Positions 57,445-64,000 of a stretch of 64,000 nucleotides of DNA are shown here, piece after piece. Made by a program: the position numbers and the translations under genes. This stretch comes from Thermoproteota archaeon. Lineage in GTDB: Archaea > Korarchaeota > Korarchaeia > Korarchaeales > Korarchaeaceae. Below the pieces are notes generated by a model. That model had not been told where the DNA came from. It made no database searches and worked only from the letters and a program-made list of their open reading frames with translations. Within the stretch, counting starts at the first letter, position 1, and every line of letters starts with the position of its first letter. The stretch is taken from assembly GCA_027491395.1 (NCBI GenBank), contig JAOZFI010000041.1, positions 84,378 through 148,377 on the forward strand, written 5' to 3'.

Positions 57445-57576
57445 CCCCGCTAGAGCCTACGAATCACAAATAACGGTTTATGTCAAAAGGCGAAATTCGA
57501 ATCGTGATGTTAAAGACGTTAATATTTAATAGCTTTCGGAGCTTCATATCCAAGACCCTTCAAGGGGGGATATCCT

Positions 57577-58845
57577 ATGTCTACGGAACTCAATCCATGG
57601 GAAGTTGCCCTTAAGCAGCTTGATAAGGCTGCTAAGGTTATGAATCTTGATCCCGGACTACATGCTATTTTGGCCAAGCCCAAGAGGGTCCTCGAGGTGG
57701 CTCTCCCCGTCAAGATGGATGACGGATCTATAAAGGTCTTCACCGGCTGGAGGGTCCAGCACAACGACGCTAGGGGGCCCCACAAGGGAGGTATAAGATA
57801 CCACCCCAACACAGATGTGAATGAGGTCAAGGCCCTGGCCATGTGGATGACTTGGAAGACCGCCGTCGTCGATGTGCCCTTCGGCGGTGCCAAGGGAGGA
57901 ATCCAAGTAGATCCCCACAAGCTCAGCCTCGCCGAGCTGGAGAGGCTAACTAGGAGATACGCCTACGCGATAGCCCCAATAATAAGTGTGGACGCTGACA
58001 TCCCCGCTCCCGATGTGTACACCTCACCTAGGGAGATGGCTTGGATAATGGACACATACAGCATGCTTAAAGGCTACCCCGAACCCGGCATAATAACTGG
58101 CAAGCCGCTTGAGGTGGGTGGTAGTGAGGGTAGGGTGGAGGCCACCGCTAGGGGTCTGCAGTACACTGTCGAGGAGGCCCTCAAGGTCCTCGGTATAGAT
58201 CCGAAGGGAGCCACCGCTGCTGTGCAGGGATACGGTAACGCTGGCTACTTCTCCGCCAAGTTCATGCACGAGCTCGGTATGAAGGTCGTGGCCGTGAGCG
58301 ACACTAGGGGTGCGATCTATAACCCAGACGGCCTCGATCCCGATGCCGTGCTCGAGCACAAGAAGAAGACCGGCAGCGTTAAGGACTTCCCTGGCTCCAC
58401 CCCGATAGCTGCCGATCCTGTAGAGGGTAACAAGAAGCTGCTCGAGCTTGATGTGGATGTACTGATCCCTGCCGCCATAGAGAACGTAATAACCAAGGAG
58501 AACGCTGACAATGTGAAGGCCAAGATAGTGGCCGAGGCCGCTAACGGTCCGACCACGCCCGAGGCTGATGAGATACTGTTCCAGAAGGGCGTGCTTATCA
58601 TACCCGATATCCTTGCCAACGCTGGCGGTGTGACCGTCAGCTACTTTGAGTGGGTGCAGGCTAGGACTAGAGAGTGGTGGGACATAGATACTGTTAGACA
58701 GAAGCTCAGGGCCAAGATGACTAAGGCCTTTAGGGACGTCTACAACAAGCACAAGGAAATGAACATAGACATGAGGACCGCTGCTCTAGTACTTGCTGTC
58801 GGCAGAGTGGCCAAGGCCATGGAGATCAGGGGCATTTGGCCCTAA
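57577..58845 (+). CDS. gdhA: Glutamate dehydrogenase
   Basis: RGPHKGGIRYHP, GGAKGG, DIPAPD, TGKP..VGGS, QGYGNAG, EAANGP, NAGGVTVSYFEW. Confidence 0.97.
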   Translation: MSTELNPWEVALKQLDKAAKVMNLDPGLHAILAKPKRVLEVALPVKMDDGSIKVFTGWRVQHNDARGPHKGGIRYHPNTDVNEVKALAMWMTWKTAVVDVPFGGAKGGIQVDPHKLSLAELERLTRRYAYAIAPIISVDADIPAPDVYTSPREMAWIMDTYSMLKGYPEPGIITGKPLEVGGSEGRVEATARGLQYTVEEALKVLGIDPKGATAAVQGYGNAGYFSAKFMHELGMKVVAVSDTRGAIYNPDGLDPDAVLEHKKKTGSVKDFPGSTPIAADPVEGNKKLLELDVDVLIPAAIENVITKENADNVKAKIVAEAANGPTTPEADEILFQKGVLIIPDILANAGGVTVSYFEWVQARTREWWDIDTVRQKLRAKMTKAFRDVYNKHKEMNIDMRTAALVLAVGRVAKAMEIRGIWP

Positions 58846-58849
58846 ACCC

Positions 58850-58865
58850 TCTCTTCCTTTTTATT
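58850..58865 (+). terminator. Oligo-T terminator after gdhA
   Basis: TCTCTTCCTTTTTATT just after the stop codon. Confidence 0.5.
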
Positions 58866-58998
58866 CAGATTTCGGACTTCAATAGTATCATCTCCGCCGG
58901 ATTAGCCAAATAAATGCGAGGGCCTATTTTACACTCCCCTAGAAGGGTAGGACGAGAGAGGAGAGGGAACGAAGGTCCCATTCAGTGACTAGATCCGG

Positions 58999-60477
58999 TT
59001 ATCTCTGGAGGATCCCCGCCTCATGAGCGGATTTGACTTCGGAGATCAATTCCTCCCACAGCCTCTCGTTGAACTCGCAGCTTGGATCTGGTCCGAGAGG
59101 ATCTCCATAGTAGGCATACGCCCTCGCCCTGCATCCTCCACATATGTACCTATAGGGGCAGAAGGAGCAGTAATGGGAATCTCTATCTCTCAACTTGTTG
59201 AACAGCTCGTTGTTCTGCCATACGTTTAGAAAACCATCCTTCAGGACGTTGCCTACGACGATGGGCATGAAGACGCACGGTTGTATATCTCCGTTATGCT
59301 CTATGGAGCAGTATATCCTCCCCGCACCGCATCCCCCCAGAAACTCCCCGAGAGCGAAGCCGGCCGCCATGTACTCGTCAGGTATATTCAGGTCGGCGAA
59401 GTGCGTTGGAGCGAGCTTTCCTCCTTTATCAACTCCCTTCAAGGAGACCACGGCGTAGATGGGACTTGTGGAAAAGGCTTGTAGTTCCCCTGAGGTTAGC
59501 TCTTCATAGAGTAACTCAAGTACCTCATACCTCTCCCTCGGGGACAGGTCCATCTCAACGATCTCCTTCCCCCTACCAGTCGGTATGAAGTTGAAGGCTA
59601 TGAAGCGATCGACCTTCAGCTCCTTAGCTAATTCTATCATCTCAGGGAGCTGCTTGTAGTTCATCTTAGTGACGGTCGTAGCGATGCCCACCTCTAGACC
59701 CGCGCTTTTCGCGTTCTTGATACCCTGAACTGACCTCTCCCATGCTCCCCTTACTCCACGGAACCTGTCGTGATCCTCTGGGTACGGAGAATCTAGGCTC
59801 ACTTCGACATACCTCACCCCTATCTGCTTCAACCTCTCAGCGACATCCGGTCTTATCAGTGTCCCATTTGTTGCCACACTGACGTACATCCCAGTTTCAG
59901 CCGCCTTTCTGGCCACAATCCAGAAATCAGGGCTCATAAGAGGCTCCCCTCCGGAAAAGGAAAGTGCGGCCACTCCAGCCTCGTCGAGTTGCCTAAGTAC
60001 CTCGAGCTTCTGATCTAGGGTGAGCTCGTCAGGAGCCGGGAAGGGTCCCGCATTAGCATAACAGTGCTTACACCTGAGATTGCACCTCTTGGTAAAGTCC
60101 CACACGACCATGAAAGGAGCGTAAAGTCTCTGGGGCCTGGTGATACCATAGTAAGCTATGCCTAGGAGAACGTTGGCGACTCCCCTCCTCATGTAGGCAT
60201 CTTTTAGACCATTCCTCAGGGATTCCTCCTCTACACCGAATCTGGACGCTGCCTTGGATAGTATTAAAGTGAGCGTGGAGGAAAGAGTTCTCTCCTTCAA
60301 GTTAGTAGGCTCCTCCACTCCCGCATAGATTCCTAAGAGCTTAACGATGTTCTTAGGAGGGCCCAACCTCCTTATAACCGAGCGAGTTAGTGGATTGCCA
60401 AGGAGCCTCCTCAGGAAGTAGATCAGATCGTTGACCTCCACTCCACTCGCCCGCTCCTCCATACTAGGTCCAAACAT
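58999..60477 (-). CDS. Radical SAM/SPASM domain protein
   Basis: CNLRCKHC, SGGEP, CGAGR...PC, CSFCPYRYICGGCRARAY...DPSC. Confidence 0.92.
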   Translation of the reverse strand: MFGPSMEERASGVEVNDLIYFLRRLLGNPLTRSVIRRLGPPKNIVKLLGIYAGVEEPTNLKERTLSSTLTLILSKAASRFGVEEESLRNGLKDAYMRRGVANVLLGIAYYGITRPQRLYAPFMVVWDFTKRCNLRCKHCYANAGPFPAPDELTLDQKLEVLRQLDEAGVAALSFSGGEPLMSPDFWIVARKAAETGMYVSVATNGTLIRPDVAERLKQIGVRYVEVSLDSPYPEDHDRFRGVRGAWERSVQGIKNAKSAGLEVGIATTVTKMNYKQLPEMIELAKELKVDRFIAFNFIPTGRGKEIVEMDLSPRERYEVLELLYEELTSGELQAFSTSPIYAVVSLKGVDKGGKLAPTHFADLNIPDEYMAAGFALGEFLGGCGAGRIYCSIEHNGDIQPCVFMPIVVGNVLKDGFLNVWQNNELFNKLRDRDSHYCSFCPYRYICGGCRARAYAYYGDPLGPDPSCEFNERLWEELISEVKSAHEAGILQR

Positions 60478-60721
60478 GGTATATTACAGACTTCGAATAA
60501 AATGCTTTCTATTTTTCCATGACAAACGGTATATAAAATCCTAATAAATAAAACTTCGCATATATTAACTAATTTTTGAAGAAGATGGTGATTGCAACTA
60601 TGTAAGGATAACGAGGCCCCGTCAACGGAAAGATTATTCCGATTAATAGAATAGCGTGTCGGATGGAAATGTTTATAAAGCCATAAAAGGAGCTAGGCCA
60701 ACGCCTCTAGAGGCGAGTAGT

Positions 60722-61156
60722 ATGTCGACCAGTAAGAAAGTATCCGAGCTAAGACCCGGAGATAATAGCGTCAACGTGAAGGTCCGGGTCATCGAAGCGG
60801 GCGAACCCCGCGTTGTAGAGACTAGGAAGGGCCCCCGAACTCTTTCGGAGGCTACTGTTGGGGATGAGACCGGTAGGGTCACCTTGACTTTGTGGGGAGA
60901 CCACGCTGGAAAGCTATCCGAGGGACAGGTCGTTGAGCTCCAGAACGCCTTTACCACCGTCTATAGGGGAAAGGTACAGCTCAACTTGGGTAACCTCGGC
61001 AGCATAGCTGAGGTGGAAGATTCCGACGTTGTTCCGGCTGATCAGATACCAGAGGATGTTCCGGAGGCCCCCGAGGATTATAGGCCTCCTAGGAGAAGGA
61101 GGAGCTACGGGGGGTACGGAAGGGATAACAGCTACAGGGGCAGGCCTAGGTGGTAA
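60722..61156 (+). CDS. ssb: Single-stranded DNA-binding protein, crenarchaeal single-OB type
   Basis: KVSELRPG..SVNVKVRV, VGDETGRVTLTLWG, NAFTTVYRG; Arg/Gly-rich tail; start set at ATG 60722. Confidence 0.9.
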   Translation: MSTSKKVSELRPGDNSVNVKVRVIEAGEPRVVETRKGPRTLSEATVGDETGRVTLTLWGDHAGKLSEGQVVELQNAFTTVYRGKVQLNLGNLGSIAEVEDSDVVPADQIPEDVPEAPEDYRPPRRRRSYGGYGRDNSYRGRPRW

Positions 61157-61438
61157 GGTCTCCACCTAACTTCAATATTTTATTATAATACACAAAACCA
61201 GTTTCTCACGCTATAATCCTAGAAGAGGCCTATCTACTTTCTCTCTTCTTATACACATACCTATAAAAAGAAGAAATTACATTGCCGGATATTATTTAAT
61301 AAGCTGTACTGTACTGTATGCTTTTATTTATCGCATTAACCAATTCTGTCTCAGTGATAGAAACTCGCTTGAAATTTTAACTTGATGATAATTTAAATAA
61401 TTGTTAAAGCTAAATCTAGTTGGAGCTGATGCACGCCC

Positions 61439-62815
61439 ATGAGATCTAGCTATGTAATATTGGCTTTTCTTCTGGCGTTTCTGTTCTTACTTTCTCCGTT
61501 ATACGCGCTTTCCTCACCTGAGGATGCCAAACTGTATCTGAAACCCACGAGCGACACCTACATTTCCAACGAATGTAGGGATTGTAAGATGTTCAATGAA
61601 AGTGAACTCAGGGTGGGTATGGAAGCTATCAAAGAGGTAAATCCTAACGTTTTCTCTCATCTGGAATATATAGTGAAATTAACGGGTCCCTACAACTCGT
61701 TGATCAAATTCAACCTATCCGAGATACCGCCTGGAGCTGAAATAAAGCTTGCTAGGCTCTGGCTTTACGTTAAGGAACCTCCTGAGGGCGGTCTAAAACT
61801 TCTACTTTATGTTCTAAGGGAGAAGTTCAATGACACGGAGACTACATGGATTTACAGGACTAGCAGGGCTCGATGGAAGACCCCTGGAGGATACGCCGAA
61901 CCAGACTATCTTACTAAGATTAGGGTAGACGAGACCCTCTCCGAAGGAAGGTCCGTCGGTTTCTTGGTAACGGACTACGTTAAGAGGGTCCTAAGTGGCC
62001 AAATAGAGGACTACGGATTGATAATAAGACCGGATGTCGGTAAGGTGGAAGTCTCAGATTTCGGATCATCGTCGCACATGAATCTATATGTCGACTTCTA
62101 CAGCAGTGAAGGTGCTGCTAGGGAGCACAAGAGCAAATATGTCCCCACACTTTACGTCGAGTTCGTCAAACCAACAGCGATTCTGAACATGTCTAAGGAC
62201 AAAGTAACTCTAGAAAGGGGAGGGAGTGCCGAAGTAACTCTAATGGAAAGCGGAACCTTCCTTGGAAGTGTTGGACTTGGATACAGGGTTGTGGAGGCCC
62301 CGGGTCTAAAAGTGGGTCCGCTCAAGATTACTATATCCAATTATACCAAGGAACCAGGGTTCTCCGCCAATGTAAAGGTGGAAGCTGGCAAATACGCACC
62401 CCTAGGGAAGTATGTGATAGAGTTCTATCCTGATACCTTCGGATATGGATCGGATGTGGTCGAATGGGGAAGGGTCAACCTCACCGTCACCGTTTCAGGA
62501 GAAAAGGAAACTGAGACCACATCAACTCCTGAATCTCAAACCGAAACTGGAACATCTCCAACGCAGACATCCGAGATCGGAACAACCGCTCAGTCAACTA
62601 TTGAGACATCTACCATAGAGTTCACGGAGACGGGAACTGGATCGACTAGCGGACCTCAGGGAGGTTCGTTCACCCCGCAGCCCACAAGTAAAACGGCGAT
62701 AACAGTCACCAAGACTACGACCAAGCCGCGCAGCCCAAGCTCTCTCACAGTAGCACTGGGAATAATTGTGGTTGTACTTCTACTGGCGACCTTCCTGCTG
62801 ATCAGGAGGAGGTAA
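61439..62815 (+). CDS. Cell-surface protein with a DNRLRE-like domain, Thr/Ser-rich stalk and C-terminal membrane anchor
   Basis: Signal peptide; DTYI, SLIKFNLSEIP..AEIKLARLWLY, TTW, W.TPGG, YGLII, PTLYV; ends in a TM followed by RRR. Confidence 0.75.
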   Translation: MRSSYVILAFLLAFLFLLSPLYALSSPEDAKLYLKPTSDTYISNECRDCKMFNESELRVGMEAIKEVNPNVFSHLEYIVKLTGPYNSLIKFNLSEIPPGAEIKLARLWLYVKEPPEGGLKLLLYVLREKFNDTETTWIYRTSRARWKTPGGYAEPDYLTKIRVDETLSEGRSVGFLVTDYVKRVLSGQIEDYGLIIRPDVGKVEVSDFGSSSHMNLYVDFYSSEGAAREHKSKYVPTLYVEFVKPTAILNMSKDKVTLERGGSAEVTLMESGTFLGSVGLGYRVVEAPGLKVGPLKITISNYTKEPGFSANVKVEAGKYAPLGKYVIEFYPDTFGYGSDVVEWGRVNLTVTVSGEKETETTSTPESQTETGTSPTQTSEIGTTAQSTIETSTIEFTETGTGSTSGPQGGSFTPQPTSKTAITVTKTTTKPRSPSSLTVALGIIVVVLLLATFLLIRRR

Positions 62816-62949
62816 TGCCCCCTACACCACACTCTTTTTCATTACATCTTGCCTTATGAGGTAAGAAATTCAACAAATTAAATTGGATACCGAACCTATC
62901 ACCCCAACAATCGTTAAATTTTCCTCTTGGGATGAAGTAAGGTGATCAT

Positions 62950-64000
62950 TTGACTGGGCCTAAGGTCGAATTCTCAGCTTGGACTAGGCTCATCCCAGAG
63001 TCAGAGATTAGGAGGTTACTTAAGTATAAGGTGAAGTACTATTTCGCTGGGGGTAAACCGGGAGTCCTACCCCTCGGTGCCTTTCCGATGATACTAAACA
63101 CCCTAGCTCTCCAAGAGCTTGAGAGCATATTCTCCGGAAGGGAGGTCGAGGTGATAGAGGACTACAACTACGGACCGACTGACGGTCTCCCAGAGGTAAG
63201 GAAGGTAATGGCCAACATGATGAGGGAGAGGGACGGTATAGATCTAGACCCCGAGGAGGGATGGAAGGAGGTCCTGATAACCACGGGTTCGCAGCAAGCC
63301 ATTCACCTTATACTGGATGTCCTACTCAACCCAGATGATCTAGTAATAGTACCCGCTCCCGTCTACCTCGGATTCGTGAATGTGGTCACCAAGTTCAGAG
63401 GGCAAGTGATAGCCGTACCTGGAGATAAGCAGGGGATGATCCCGGAGTACGTGGACGAGGCTATAGACAGGGCCATCAACAAGTTCGGGAGGAAACCCAA
63501 GCTAATATATGTAGTGGCCGATTCCGACAACCCGTCCGGAACTACAATGCCGGAGAACAGGAGGAGGGCTCTCCTAGATGTTGCGAAGGATAAGGGGCTG
63601 TATCTGGTAGAGGATGCGGCCTACAGGGAGATACAGTTTAGAGGGGAGAGACTCAAGCCTATAAGGGCATTCGACGAGGATGGGAGCACCGTCATATACA
63701 TGAGGACCACCAGCAAGGAAGTCGCTGTGCTTAGGGTTGGGTACAATCTCATGCCTCCAGATATAAGAGAAGAGGTCGTCAAGGCCAAGGGCTACAACGA
63801 CCTCTGCACCCCCACGATTACCCAGAAGATCGCCAAAGTGTACTACGAGAAGTATTTCTTACAGTTCATAGAGAGGGTGAGGGAAGGTTACAGGAAGAGA
63901 TACGAGGCCATGGCGAAGGCGATAGACGAGGACTTTCCGGATGGCGAGAGGACTGATCCCACTGGCGGGTTCTTCATATGGTGGGAGGCTCCTAAGAAAG
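62950..64000 (+). CDS. Class I PLP-dependent aminotransferase (Aro8/LysN-like), truncated by the window end; absent from the ORF track
   Basis: GGTGA SD then TTG; reads SEIRRLLK, FAGGKP, YGPTDG, TTGSQQA, DNPSG, EDAAY, TTSKE, LRVG, GGFFIW. Confidence 0.9.
   Translation, partial: MTGPKVEFSAWTRLIPESEIRRLLKYKVKYYFAGGKPGVLPLGAFPMILNTLALQELESIFSGREVEVIEDYNYGPTDGLPEVRKVMANMMRERDGIDLDPEEGWKEVLITTGSQQAIHLILDVLLNPDDLVIVPAPVYLGFVNVVTKFRGQVIAVPGDKQGMIPEYVDEAIDRAINKFGRKPKLIYVVADSDNPSGTTMPENRRRALLDVAKDKGLYLVEDAAYREIQFRGERLKPIRAFDEDGSTVIYMRTTSKEVAVLRVGYNLMPPDIREEVVKAKGYNDLCTPTITQKIAKVYYEKYFLQFIERVREGYRKRYEAMAKAIDEDFPDGERTDPTGGFFIWWEAPKK

Noticed and set aside
58024-58752. Long antisense or alternate-frame ORFs (also 27829-28635, 5902-6585, 6720-7298, 20380-20967)
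   Set aside because: Shadow ORFs overlapping well-supported genes, with no family motifs

Overview
64 kb of gene-dense chromosome from a (hyper)thermophilic archaeon. An HMf-type histone, ribosomal protein S25e, a crenarchaeal-type single-OB SSB, egsA, tes and ABCE1 together suggest a TACK or Korarchaeia-like lineage (inference). Most of the window is housekeeping: translation and tRNA modification, ether/tetraether lipid synthesis, peptide fermentation (IorAB, GDH, aminotransferases, a Liv-type ABC transporter) and cofactor metabolism. There are two tRNAs (Arg-TCG, Asp-GTC). No transposase, integrase, rRNA or CRISPR array was seen. Highlights: (1) a capC-capB-like poly-gamma-glutamate synthase pair divergent from glutamate dehydrogenase; (2) a UppP/BacA-like domain fused to a DedA/VTT domain; (3) an unannotated box C/D guide RNA whose guides match archaeal 16S rRNA, one of them the anti-Shine-Dalgarno end; (4) an unexplained ~137-nt GC-rich multi-hairpin element; (5) an orphan Cas6; (6) an AT-rich, (AG7)x3-containing intergenic region beside an unknown protein ending in a PIP-box-like motif; (7) a one-base frameshift in a COG2403 (ArcE/cDPGS-like) gene; (8) many intact enzyme paralogs that lack catalytic residues (TusA, AdoMetDC, ACD-alpha, HisD, PEP synthase, HerA-like). 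All family calls come from motif recognition by eye, not database searches.
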